A stretch of DNA of 63,046 nucleotides, counting the filler, from Octopus bimaculoides (lineage: Eukaryota): assembly GCF_001194135.2 (NCBI RefSeq). It is 6 parts of 5 records of this genome, joined end to end, with 100 filler letters (N's around TTAATTAATTAA, not from the genome) between each part and the next. Parts side by side here need not be neighbours in the genome. Positions count along the whole stretch, not along the records: positions 19,175 to 39,501 come from NC_068986.1; 5 more parts are not named here. The stretch is one strand, 5' to 3'. The notes under the pieces are model-generated. The model saw nothing but the letters and a program-made list of their open reading frames with translations. It made no database searches and was not told where the DNA came from. The position numbers and the translations under genes are program-made. The stretch's first letter is position 1. Each line of letters starts with the position of its first letter. Below are positions 26,295 to 38,577 of the stretch, one piece after another.

Positions 26295-26738
26295 CATTAT
26301 GAAAGGTTGCTCAATAAAGAAAATGAATTGGAGAAAGAGAGTCTGCCGAATGTCGACCCAACAGAGGGACCAGCTATCCAAGTTGATAATACCTTGGTAG
26401 ATAAAGCAATTAAGAGTATGAAGGCAAGGAAAGCCCCCGGCCCATCAGGAATCACTGCAGAGATGCTCAAAATATCTGGCAGTGTTGGCTATAGCCTAGT
26501 CACCCATATAGTTAATCAGGTGATACACGAAGGAGTCATACCCAATGACTGGTGTAGCAGCACCATAGTCAACTGCTACAAAGGTAAAGGTGACGCCTTA
26601 GACACAAACAATTACAGAGGTATCAAGTTGTTGGATCAGGTAATGAAGGTGAGGGTCATAATCCAACTAATTAGGGAGAGGAGATGCAGTTTGGGTTCAT
26701 GCCAGGGAAAAGCACCACTGATGCTATATTTCTGGTAA
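26295..26738 (+). mobile_element. RTE-clade LINE reverse transcriptase N-terminal fragment
   Basis: HYERLLN.EN...AIKSMKARKAPGPSGITAEMLK...IPNDWCSSTIVNCYKGKGDALDTNNYRGIKLL. Confidence 0.92.
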
Positions 26739-27423
26739 ATTGTCGCTGTTTCTGAAAGCAGACAATATTCTTTTTTTATCCTGCTTGGATAATTATGTTT
26801 TAAATCAGACTTTAATACTAAAGGGACGAATTCATTTGAGAAAGGGATGAATTCAATCAGGAAATACAGTAGGTGCTTTTTCATGACACCATCACTAGTG
26901 AAGTCGCCAAGCAATTTGCATGACAAAATAAAGAAAGGAAAAGAAAAAAGCCTCTGAGTCTGAGAGGGAGTGTATTTGAAAAATGGATTTTGGAATTAAA
27001 TTCATTGAAGGGATTCAGGCAATTGTCCAAAGTGTTCAATACTTAGATCTGATTTCATACTGATAAGTAGATCTTACTCTGAACAAGCTGTTGATGTGTC
27101 TTCGGTAAATCTGTCCAATACCTATTCCTGACAGTTTGGTTGTAAACATGGTCATGCTTAATGGTTGTAAGTGTGACCATAATGGCTGTAAGATGGTCAT
27201 ATGGTCAAGAAATTTGCTTTGCAATCACTTAGTACTGGGGTTGATCTCACACCATATCACCTTGAACATCTGTGTTTTGTCACAATCTTGGTTCAACCCA
27301 AGTCCTGTGAGTGAAATTTGAGTAGATGGAAAATGTATGGAAGCTTATCAGACCGTACCTCATTCTTTGAGTGGTGGAACTAATCAGTCATCCAGTTTAA
27401 AGCTAACACTTGTACCTTAGGTA

Positions 27424-27560
27424 CATCATTATCATCATTTAAACTCCATTTTTTTCCCTGCTTCCATGAGTGAGATGGACTTTGTTGAGGCAGATTTTCT
27501 TTACTGGATGCACTTCCTGTCACCAACCTTCACCTGTTTCCGAGCAAGGTAATATTTTCT
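27424..27560 (-). repeat. RTE-tail-type dispersed repeat with (ATG)n tail (related copies near 29180-29370, 30010-30245, 31260-31370)
   Basis: Shared GGATGC(A/C)CTTCCT..../CCATGCTGGCATGG motifs with the 3'UTR at 20462-20600. Confidence 0.6.
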
Positions 27561-29806
27561 CATGTGTATGTGGGGTGGAGGGATGGGGTGGGTGGGCGTG
27601 TACAAGTGTTTACACTCTGTGCTTCTCTGAAAAATCACTGAGCCACAGGCAGAGACATTTGCTAATATTTCCCTTGCAACAAAGCATCCACAATATCAGC
27701 ATCTTCAAAGATGAAAAGAATGAAAATTCCTTTACTTGAAGTACAGGTAATAGTTAGAAACAGGAAAGACAATGCTTCAGTATTATGTATCCATCTAACC
27801 CATGCTTACATTGAAACAAAAATGATTGAACAAATAAAGAAACCAATGCCAAGCATGAAAAAAAAAACAAAAAGTTCAAAATCAATTTCCCTGGAGAAAA
27901 CAGACAGCTTGAAACATTTTGAGGTTAGTGGTGCAGTGTTTTCTAATCAATGTCGAAGGCTTCATTCAAGCTGAAAGAAGAGTTGAACCAGATAATTTCT
28001 TTTTTCTGAATCAGTTGTTCTTTAGGTTTGATATGTATTTTAATTTCTCTTTAAATCCAGTTTCGTTTTTCTTTTTTTTTTCTTTCTTTTCAAAGAATTA
28101 TTGTAAAAGTTTGAGGTCTGGTCAATATATTTTTGTTGGGAAATGCATAGATGTATCATATATTTTCCTGCTAAATACATTCTCTATGATTATGGATGGG
28201 ACATAAGACTTTGCATATATATATATATATAGTAGCCTTGTTTAACTTACTGTGAGAATATTTAATTATAGTAGAATGGCTAAATGTAACTTGATACAGA
28301 AAAATAATAGGATTAATGGGACATCTAGGAATTAGTCCAACCCATCAACTTAATATAGCTGCTGACACTAATGTAACTAACAAAACACCCTATCTGAAGA
28401 TGTATCTGAAAGTACTATATTAGATTTGCTATGAATCTAAAGCTGTTATACTCAGCACATGTAGTCCAAGAATAAAAACAAAGGATATATACTACAAGCT
28501 TATACTAATACATCTTCAACCTGAAGCAGAACAGTATTGATTGCTGATCAATAATTTTGCAACTGAAACTGTAGCCACCATTTGATCTGCAGAGAAAAAA
28601 AAAATAGGAAGAAAACAAGCTCCCCAAAAAAACATGAGGCTTGTAGTCTCATTGTCTTAGAGGTTCCTTGCTTCTTGTATGAAATATTAATTTTCTTTTA
28701 TTTTGAAAATCATCATCATTATGCTTGTGCCTGCTTTCAATGTTGGGTGGGTTGGACAGATCCTCAAAGTCCAAGTTAGCAAGTGAGAGACACTACCCTC
28801 ACAGACAGGTCACAAGACTGTACCCTATTTGTGTGTTTCACTTTTGGTTTCTACTGCTAAATGCCTTCCTATCACTACCACCCACCTTACAGAGTGTATT
28901 GGGTGCATCATGGCATTAGTACACTCGTACTAGAGAAGTCGTCATATCCAACACATGACAAGACTAAAGAGCCTTATTGATGCAACATTTCCTCTTCTCA
29001 TTCACCAACCACATTACACAGTGTACTGTCACTCAGGTGAATAAGAAAGAAAGAGAGAGAAGGGAGAGAGAGAGGAGGGGAGAGAAAGAGAGAGAAGGGA
29101 GAGAGAGAGGAGGGGAGAGAAAGAGAGAGAGAGAGAGCACCAGCAGATGAAACAGAGTGGGTGAGAGATAAAACTAATCATCATCATCATCATCATTTCG
29201 TGTCTGTTGTCCATACTGGTATGGGTCAGACAGTTTGACAGTTTGACTGGAGCTGGTCAGCCAGGGAGCAGGACCAGGCTCGAGTCTGTTTTGGCTTGGC
29301 TTCTATGGCCAGATGCCCTTCCTAATGCCAACCACCCTCTAGAGTGTCTTTTACGTGTTATCAGCACAGGTGAATAATACAATATATAATTGTAAGTTGG
29401 GGGAAGAGTTAATTGATTACATTGACCCTAGCACATGACTGGTACTTTATTTTAATGATTTTGAAAAGAATAAAGGCAAAGTTGACCTCAACAGGATTTG
29501 AACTCAGAATATAAAGATCCAGAAAAAATGCTGCTAAGCACTCTGTCCAATGTACCAATCACTGTACTAGTTTTCCACCTTAATACAATGTATAATAAAA
29601 AGAAATTTAAGCATTTTATTTTAATACCAAAGTTGTCTCAATACATATTGATATATGTTGTGTGTGAACATGAGCAGCAATCACATTGATTTTCAAAAAT
29701 GGATTAAAGTTCCGAATCAATTTGCAGAATACTTTCTATTTTGCTGCACATCTCATCACTTTGGCTGGAAATGGCTCTGCTAAAGTATTCTCAAGAAAAT
29801 TTTTTT

Positions 29807-29990
29807 TTAACCCTTTAGCATTTAAACTGGCCATATCCAGTCAAAATATTCTACCTGTTTTGATGTCCAAACTGACCAAACGTGACCTCTCACCTCAATC
29901 CCACAATATTCAAAAAATTAACAGGTACCTCTTCAAAATCTCATAGCTACAAGATAATGCATGATTAATTCAAAACAATATGGCATAAAG
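29807..29990 (+). mobile_element. piggyBac-like MITE, one end
   Basis: Begins TTAA|CCCTTTAGCATTTAAAC, i.e. a TTAA target plus CCCTTT terminus. The other end is not seen. Confidence 0.5.
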
Positions 29991-30522
29991 TCACCTCAGC
30001 CACTACTACAGTCCTACTCAGTTAAGAGTGATCCTCCTCCCTGCGACTTACTTGGCAATCTTACTTGTGTGGTGTCATGAATATAGCACCCCGTATACTC
30101 TGTAATGTAGTTGGTGTTAGGAAGCATATCAAGCCATAAGAAACCATGCCAAAGCAAATAATGGAGCTTTATGCATTCTTTTGGCTGGATTCTGTCAGAT
30201 CGTCCACTCTGTGCAAACATAGAAGACAGGTGCTAAATGATGATGATAATGTATGAATGTGCACATGTGCATGTGTGTGTGTCCGTGTGCATATGTATGC
30301 ACATGCATGTGCACAAGCACGTGTGTGTTGTCGTGATTTGAAATATTACTGTTAGAAACCCTCTGAGAAAAGAAATTGGAATTTCTCCCCAAAGCAAAAA
30401 CTTTAAAAAGTAAAAATATTTTGAACATTTTAAAACATTTTTAATAAAGAAAATCAATTTTAACAATTCCGAAATCATTAAAATATGATATAAAATATAT
30501 AAATAAATATAAGTTCATTGAA

Positions 30523-30796
30523 TCATTTTGAATCTTCTAATGAAGTAAGGATTTTGTTGTAAAGCGGCACTTTGTTTTTGTATCCATTGTCAGGTATTGA
30601 TTTTAAGAATTCCACGTAGTCATTTGGCAAACCATTTGCCAAGGCTCCTCGCACTATGATATCCTTATACTGAGGGGATGGTTTCCCAAAGTCCTTTTTC
30701 AACAGTAGGTATGTACGACATTCATATATCACATCGTTGGGATCCTTCACTTTGATATCTGTAGAATGGTAGATATTTCTGTCAACTCCTTCTTGT
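30523..30796 (-). CDS. GGCT: Gamma-glutamylcyclotransferase, coding exon 3
   Basis: tttttttcag|A CAA GAA GGA: (K)QEGVDRNIYHSTDIKVKDPNDVIYECRTYLLLKKDFGKPSPQYKDIIVRGALANGLPNDYVEFLKSIPDNGY...SK*. Contains the catalytic QEG glutamate and the PSPQY..II..GA..NGLP..Y motif. Confidence 0.95.
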
Positions 30797-30834
30797 CTGA
30801 AAAAAAAGAATAAAGGGTCAGAAGACATTCCAGT

Positions 30835-31105
30835 TCTATATTTCAGAGATGAGGAATTATTTACATTATTTACATTCGATGGATATTTGTCTTCATCTTG
30901 TTTGTTGTTAACACAATGTTTCGGCTGATATACCCTCCAGCCTTCATCAGGTGTCTTGGGGAAATTTCGAACCTGGGTTCTCATTCCTAAGGTATTTTTT
31001 CAATGTTATTATTATTATTATTGTTATTGTTCAGGTCACTGCATGGAATTGAACTCGGAATCTTGGGGTTAGTAGCCTGTGCTCTTAACAACTACGCCAT
31101 ATGCC
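30835..31105 (-). mobile_element. tRNA-headed SINE (family E) carrying a minimal hammerhead ribozyme fold, in GGCT intron 2
   Basis: Head GGCATATGGCGTAGTTGTTAAGAGC (A box) and GAGTTCAATTCC (B box). Body contains GACAC-CTGATGA-A-GGCTG-N10-CAGCC-GAAA-CA-TT-GTGTT at 30955-30910. Second partial copy at 37544-37643. Confidence 0.75.
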
Positions 31106-31145
31106 TGTATGGAGTGAATTTTAGGGCTTATAAATCTAATATTTT

Positions 31146-31185
<40 letters not shown>

Positions 31186-31414
31186 GTAACAAAATAAAAG
31201 AATATGTGCATGTTTGTGTTTCCTTGTCTTGACTGCATGAGATAGTTGTAAATGAGTGTCACTGTTATACAAGCAGTGTTGTTTCCAGTCTCCTGTGAAA
31301 ACATGTTCGACCAAGGTGAAGGTTGGCAACAAGAAAGGTATCAAGCTGTAGAAATTTGTTACAAGAAGGCTTGTGTATAAATTAAATAGCAGTTAATTAG
31401 TTAATGATGCTTAC

Positions 31415-31548
31415 TTGTCTAATGAGTCCCTTTCTGAAATGCTCATTTCATAGACCACTCCCCATACAACATCACCTTCTGATTCAGCAATTGTGGCTAC
31501 ATGGCCACACCAACGAGAAGACTGATATGCAAATTTTAATTGGAAATT
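31415..31548 (-). CDS. GGCT: Gamma-glutamylcyclotransferase, coding exon 2
   Basis: ttctattccaag|AAT...GAC AA|GTAAGC. NFQLKFAYQSSRWCGHVATIAESEGDVVWGVVYEM...SLD matches the GGCT W.G..ATI..S.GD.VWGVV motif; phase 0/2. Confidence 0.95.
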
Positions 31549-31661
31549 CTTGGAATAGAAAGAAAAAAAGAAAAAATACATAAACTTATAATAAAAGTTA
31601 GAAAGATTTGCAAAAAATTCAAAATCCTCATCGTGTGTGTGTGTATGCATGTGTATATCGT

Positions 31662-32045
31662 TGTTGTTGGCACTCCGTCGCTTACGACGTCGAGAGTTCC
31701 AGTTGATCCGATCAACGGAACAGCCTGCTTGTGAAATTAACGTGCAAGTGGCTGAGCACTCCACAGACACGTGTACCCTTAATGTAGTTCTCGGGGATAT
31801 TCAGCGTGACACAGTGTGACAAGGCTGACCCTTTGAATTACAGGCACAGCAGAAACAGGAAGTAAGAGTGAGAGAAAGTTGTGGTGGAAGAGTACAGCAG
31901 GGTTCGCCACCATCCCCTACCGGAGCCTTGTGGAGCTTTAGGTGTTTTCGCTCAATAAACACTCACAATGCCCGGTCTGGGAACTGAAACTGTGATCCTA
32001 TGACCAGGAGTCCGCTGCCCTAACCACTGGGCCATTGCGCCTCCA
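31662..32045 (-). mobile_element. tRNA-derived SINE family C, full length
   Basis: GGAGGCGCAATGGCCCAGTGGTTAGGGCAGCGGACTC head; tail GACGGAGTGCCAACAACAAC. Partial copy at 56523-56702. Confidence 0.88.
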
Positions 32046-32047
32046 CT

Positions 32048-32105
<58 letters not shown>

Positions 32106-32336
32106 ACTAGGTTCTTAATCATAAAGAAATGGGTTTGATTCTCTGTTTAGGATGAATATTGTGAATTTGACCAAATCATTTTATAGATACATGAGCTATG
32201 TTTGAAACGTCAAAAACTCTCTCTTTTTACTGAGTGTCAAACTAATACACTCCTTGTGCATGTCCTCCTGTGGTTTGTTATTAATAATTTTATTGTTCAT
32301 TTATTTGATTTAACTATATACATACATGCATGTATG

Positions 32337-32379
<43 letters not shown>

Positions 32380-32815
32380 CTACAATTTCTTGCTGAACAG
32401 CCTGCTCAAATGATCTGTTTGTAGTGATCAAATGCATGTGCTGTCCATTAGTTCATGCCCTCCATGAAATCCTTAGTGCCCGAACAGGTACACGGTGTAC
32501 CACATGTCAGGAGTTGAAGTGACCACAGAGCAACAGGAGAAGAAGTGATTTACTGAAGAACACAATGCACCACCTGGTCCAGGAACTGAAACCATGATCT
32601 CATGAATGTAAGTGCAACACCCTAACCACTGGTCCACTCGTCCATCCATTCATCTGTATAGAGACATACATTTGAAGATCCATATCATTTTCAGCATTCT
32701 CACATCTATTAATGTTTGTAAACAGAATTGAGGTCTTTGACTTCATTTTACAAAATTACTCTTACATCACAAGTCATACTTAACAGGAATTATCTATTGT
32801 TAGAAAATCTCTATA

Positions 32816-33232
32816 GGCGTAGGAGTGGCTGTGTGGTAAGTAGCTTACTTACGAACCATATGGTTCTGGGTTCAGTCCCACTGCGTGGCACCTTGGGCAA
32901 GTGTCTTTTACTATAGCCTCGGGCCGATCAAAGCCCTGTGCATGGATTTGGTAGACGGAAACTGAAAGAAGCCCATGGTATATATGTATATATATAGTTA
33001 TGTGTGTGTATATGTTTGTGTGTCGGTGTTTGTCCCCCCACCCCACCCAATATTGCTTAACAACCGATGGTGGTGTGTTTACATCCCCGTAACTTAGCAG
33101 TTCGGCAAAAGACCGATAAAGTAAGTACTAGGCTTACAAAGAATAAGTCCTGGGGTCGATTTGCTTGACTAAAGGCGGTGCTCCAGCATGGCCACAGTCA
33201 AATGACTAAAACAAGTAAAAGAGTAAAGAGAG
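32816..33232 (+). mobile_element. tRNA-derived SINE family A, full length
   Basis: GGCGTAGGAGTGGCTGTGTGGTAAG (A box), GGGTTCAGTCCC (B box), central microsatellite, tail CCAGCATGGCCACAGTCAAATGACT...GTAAAAGAG. Confidence 0.9.
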
Positions 33233-33493
33233 AGTATAAGAGATGAAACAAGCAAAGTAACTAGTTAGAAAATTTCTAGAAAAGTAACCATACTGGTAAG
33301 TAATGTTTATCACCACATCAATATGGTTTTTCCATAGGAATCAATGCTACTTTTAATCTTTTATTCTTTTTATGTTTCAGCCCAAAGACTGTGGCCATGC
33401 TAGAGCACTGTCGATGTAATCACCTTTAAATATTGTTTAGATATGGATAAATAATTAAACAAAGGAAAATGAAAATGAATATAATTCCTTTAC

Positions 33494-33598
33494 CTCCAAT
33501 TTAGCAATTGTTTTAAAGACAGCCGTTTTATTATTGATGCTAAGGCGTTCTTTCAGAAGGTTGCTTGCAAAAGCAAAGTAGAAGAATTTGTCAGTCAT
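33494..33598 (-). CDS. GGCT: Gamma-glutamylcyclotransferase, coding exon 1
   Basis: MTDKFFYFAFASNLLKERLSINNKTAVFKTIAKLE|GTAAAG matches F.YFAYGSNLL.ER. In-frame TAA upstream of the ATG; acceptor at 33618 implies an upstream non-coding exon. Not in the ORF track. Confidence 0.93.
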
Positions 33599-33734
33599 TT
33601 CAAAAGTTTGGTTTTATCTTTTAAAACAAATATGAAACAAAAAGATAAATAAATATGAAGCACCTTGTTTAAACAAATAATTCTAATTAAACAACAACAA
33701 CAATGATGATGATGAAAATGATAATAATAATAAT

Positions 33735-33936
33735 AATCCACAAGACCTGAAGTTTTCTGGGAGGCAGATGGTCGATTACATTGACCCCCAGTGTTTCACT
33801 GGTACTTAATTTATCGACTCGAAAGGATGAAAGCCAAAATTGACCTCAGTGGAATTTGAACTCAGAATGAAAAGACGGATGAAATGTCACTAAGCATGTT
33901 GCCTGGTGTGCTAATGATTCTGCAGTCTTGCTATCT

Positions 33937-33994
<58 letters not shown>

Positions 33995-34160
33995 AAAAAT
34001 AATGATGATGATAATCCTTTCTTCTGTAGGCACAAGGCCTGAAATTTGTGGGGAGGGGGCAAGTCCATCACATTGACCACAGTACTTGACTGGTACTTAA
34101 TTTATAGACCTCAAAAGGATGAAAGGCAAAGTCGATTTTGGCAGAATTTGAACTCAGACT
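33735..34160 (-). mobile_element. Two tandem SINE family B copies separated by (GAT)n
   Basis: Repeated CTGGTACTTAATTTAT...AAAGGATGAAAG...GAATTTGAACTCAGA blocks. Confidence 0.8.
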
Positions 34161-34572
34161 GCATTTATATATATTTAGAAATTCAAGTTGTAATAAGAAA
34201 AACACAATTGTATACAAATTAACATTTATGAATGAATCAAAGAGCTATTATTCTTGTTTATTGAGAATCTCCACACCATTTGTTAGCACTCTTTAATCCC
34301 AAGCAAAACAATTCAATTTATTTTGACCTTTGCACTGCATGTCCAAACCCCAATTTGAGCATGTTAAACCAGACCAATGAATAACAACTAATGTCAAAGA
34401 CTACATGGCTATCAGAAAATGAATATAGTTTAATATAAGGTATTTAGCTGTTATCTGTAATTTCTTCTCAATTTGCTAATGCCAACAGTTCACTAAAAGT
34501 TATACTGTGTAATCCTGTAATCTTTATACATAATACACAGACACAGGCACATAGACAGACAGACAGACAAAC

Positions 34573-34609
<37 letters not shown>

Positions 34610-37543
34610 CACACACACGGAGGCATATACATTTTCATGCAAAGGAAGGACTGGCTAACATAATCTATAAGTAGAACAATATAGAGGAAGTTTCTACAAT
34701 TCAACATGTAACATTTGTCACTGTTGTGATCCAAATTCTAGGAATGAAGCTTTATGTTCTTGTTAGAAACTAACTTGTTTCTTCTTGAAAGAATTTTGAT
34801 AAAAAAAAAAAAAAAAAAGATACATATATACACGCATACATCTAAACACGTGTGTGTTTATGTATGTATATATGTATCTAGTACTATAATGTCATGTGGA
34901 AAGAGCAATGTATGTCTACTAAATGTGACTTGCAATGTAGAAGCCATCACTTATAATGGAGTGATACCTCCATAGAGGCTTGTGAACAATGCATAGATAT
35001 AACTGAAGGAGGGTTCATATAAAGATTCTACAACCATACTTCATCTTTTAGACATCATTCAGTGGATTCCAGTAAAATTAGTTGATTACATTCTTCCATT
35101 AATCATATCAAATTCATGATTATTGCAAGACCAAAGTTTAATCAGAATGGAATTAAAAAACATTTTTAATTTGCACTGCAGAAAAATGCCTCGTTTTTAC
35201 AAATCTATATAATTTTTATGATCTTTAGTGTATACCAGATGAAAAATTTTTGAAAGTGTAAACATATTGAGAAGTATCCATTTTGTATAGCTAACTTTCT
35301 CCAAACAAATGAACATATGCATATATATGTAAATGCATGTATGTATATGCACCTTATTCTCCATTCCTTTTTTATTTTTTTGCTTTGTCTTCATTTTTAC
35401 CTCCTTCCCCTTTTTCTGTTCTTTGTGCATTTATTTTTCACAATTCTTTGCTCTTCTATAATTCTTCCTTTGCGTCTGTTAATTCATTTATTCCAATCCA
35501 TTTTGAAATTTAATTGTACTGTTAAGGGAAAATAACTAATTTCAATCATGTAAGAGTTTTGTTTCCTACACAAAATTTATAATTTTAATTTTAATTTTTT
35601 CAATATCACCTTAGAAAAGTTGAGGTGTACAAAAACTGTGACCTGATGAATGTTCCTTGACAAAAACCCAAAGTAATCATGATGGATAATCTGTAGTCCG
35701 TATAAATGTATATAAAATATATATTAATATTTTTGTATTGAGTACTATAGTTGTTTCATACTACAGTTAAACCTTATGTTTTATACACACATCCACGCAC
35801 TGGTATAGCTGTCTAGTTAAGAAGTTTGCTTTGAAGCAGTATTCATTCTCACAGTCTCAGATAGATCAATGCTCAATGAGTGAATGTGGTAGACCGCGAG
35901 CAAGGTGGTTTGATAACATCCATAAGCCCTGTGGGTCTCGCTTTGAAATCCAACAGGGTCAATTAGAGACAGTTGCTTTTGACAGAACATGATAGAAGGC
36001 GTGCTTGAGGATTTTACTGTCACGACCCTCTCAAGAATAAGTGAGCGAAGATGAGATGAAATGAGATCTAGTCATGCAATCGACAGTTTTCCCCATCTCT
36101 CAAAATTTGCAATACGGTGTGTCTATGGAAGAAATCAATAATTTCTCATTAAAAAAAAAAAAGAAGTTTTTTATATGACTAATAAAGATACTCTAACAGT
36201 AGGTTGACAGCTGTTTTTCCATATTACATCATATCCAGAACTGACAGAAAACTGAAAATTTAAAAAGAAAGAGACGACAAAGTAATAAAGATGCTTATAA
36301 TAGCAGGCTGACATATTTTTCCCCATGGCTAAATTACTTTACTATACTAATAACGTAACTATCCTTATGAAGAGACAGTTAATTTGTCTGACTGAATCCT
36401 CATTGGCTGAAAGTAATAAATTTAAAGTAGTCTCCCTTGACTACTAAAACTTCCGCCTTCGTAATTCTATTAAATAAACAGAAAAGTTGGCCTCGTTCAT
36501 GTTTGCTTTCTAATATCTCTCGATTTCAATGCATTCTTTATATATGCTGGGATAAAAGGAAACAAACTAACAATGGTTGTCAAGAGATGATGGGGAGAAG
36601 GACAAACACAGACACAATGAGATACATATACATGCATACGACAGACTTTCATACAATTTCCATCAACCAAATTCACTCACAAGGCATTGGTCAGCCTGGG
36701 GCTATAGTAGAAGATACTTGCCTAAGGTGCTACGCAATGGGAGTGAACTAAAAATCATGCGTTTGCAAAGTACGCTTCTTACCCACACATGATTGCTTGC
36801 ACTTGCAAATAATTTATTATAACAAGGGCAAAAAAGTTAAAAAATTAAAAAAAAAGAAGCAAATTTCAACCCTTATTTTTCTTTTTTATATCTTCAAAAT
36901 GTATAATTTGTCAATTTGCATCATGGTAAATCAAGCCCACACAATTAAAACACCTGTGGTGCTCCAAGCATGTACTTAAATTGTTTGATGGTTAATCTGA
37001 GCCTACTTGGAATCCCAAATAGATAAGCATTGGAATAATTGGTTGTGCTAGGAGCATTCTACTTTTCAATAATTGCTAGAATCATTAGGAGAAATTTCTT
37101 GTTAGATTTAGCAGAGCTGGATAAGTTCCACTAAAAGCTATCTCGTTGGGACAGTGTGACCAATGCTGTACCTCCTTCTAATTACTATTTTCATCTTTTA
37201 TTGTGCATTATTATATCCAGGTCACTTATCTGTTGAGTGTTTGAAAAAATTCTTTTGTTTGAATGATTATAGTACCACCAACAAAACATCACATTTGACG
37301 GTAAAAAGATTGATTTTCTAATAAATAATACATAAATAAAAATTGGCGTCCGCTAAATCAGAAAGATCCTCTCCGAATGTTTCACTTTAAGATTTTAGAA
37401 AGCGGGGAAGTTTTTCCAGAAATAATATCGTTTAGCTGTTGTTTCTAGCACGTCGGGTTTTCTGGTGGTGGTCTGATATTTTTGACGTCTGCTATTTCAG
37501 TAGAATTCTGTGCATGCGTGAAACATTCTTAAATTGCTCATAC

Positions 37544-37643
37544 AGTTCGATTCCAGGCAGTGACCGGGATAATAATAACAACATCGAAAAATTCCTTAGG
37601 AATGAGAACCCAGGTTCGAAATTTCCCCAAGACACCTGAAGAA
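37544..37643 (+). mobile_element. SINE family E fragment (B box to first half of the hammerhead core)
   Basis: GTTCGATTCCAGGCAGTGACC...CCTTAGGAATGAGAACCCAGGTTCGAAATTTCCCCAAGACAC-CTGAAGAA, then unrelated sequence. Confidence 0.8.
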
Positions 37644-37921
37644 TACTTTTTTCTCCTGTGATTTATCGGCCACGGTGTTAATGTCTCATTTAAAATTCGT
37701 TTATTCTTTTGGAAAACACGTTATTTTTTGAACAAGTAAATAATAAACGATGTAGAACATCTGAAGCCATTAAATAAAAAGCTTTGTACCGCAATGTGTT
37801 CGCTCGAACTGCTAGAAATATCAACCAAATCTTCCTCAAATCCCATTCTGACTAAATAATACAGGAAAGGATACTTTAAATTGAATCAGATAAGCGAGCA
37901 GTGAAAAGATCCAGAACTTAC

Positions 37922-38000
37922 CCGTTAGAAGAGATTCATACAAGTAAATACGTCGTTAACAGTACTTTGGGAAAATTACATTCTATTTATAGCAGTTTGA
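37922..38000 (-). other. GGCT: Candidate 5'UTR exon of GGCT (5' boundary unknown)
   Basis: Strong donor AACGG|GTAAGT at 37921, near where CpG depletion ends. Would splice to the acceptor at 33617. Confidence 0.35.
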
Positions 38001-38434
38001 CAGTTATTAGTCAAGTTCTCATGACAAAAATCGTATACGTCGTGAATGACAAAAGAATTTTCGTTATATCATCTGGGAGTAAATTTATCAGGCATAAAGT
38101 GAACTTTTAGTGCTTCTTATCCGAGCTGGAGCATTTGAGAAATCTGGTGAACGGAAATAGTCACATGAAAAACAAGTAATGAGCGGACGTCGGAGATAGG
38201 TAGCACCAAATTGGAATTTCTCTGTTTTGATGGAGATTTTTCAGATTTTTGTTCACTGTGCCCTTGGAAATGATCTGGGGCACCTTTTTAACAAAAAAAA
38301 AATTCTTATTTTCGAAAATGGTTTCTTTCCCCTCCCCTATCTTCTCGGTAAAAAAAAAAAAAACTGAATATTTTTAGACGAAAAGCGACGGTGGGGGTAC
38401 ACAGGCACACACACACACACACACACACACATAC

Positions 38435-38553
38435 GACGGGCTTCTTTCAGTTTCCGTCTACCAAATCCATTCAGAAGAATTTGGTCGGCCCGAGGTTATA
38501 GTAGAAGACACTTGCCCAAGGTGCCACGCAGTGGGACTGAACCTGAAACCATG
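38435..38553 (-). mobile_element. SINE family A fragment
   Basis: GACGGGCTTCTTTCAGTTTCCGTCTACCAAATCC...CACTTGCCCAAGGTGCCACGCAGTGGGACTGAACC. Confidence 0.85.
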
Positions 38554-38577
38554 TATGTATATGTTTATCATATATAT

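Noticed and set aside
27711-27974. 87-aa ORF faintly like an R4-type LINE segment
   Set aside because: Similarity too weak to support a call.
30523-30984. ORF-track start MRTQVRNFPK... as the GGCT N-terminus
   Set aside because: That part is the intronic SINE; the real exon starts at the acceptor at 30797.
31662-33232. tRNA genes suggested by A/B boxes
   Set aside because: Heads of SINEs; no complete cloverleaf or acceptor stem.
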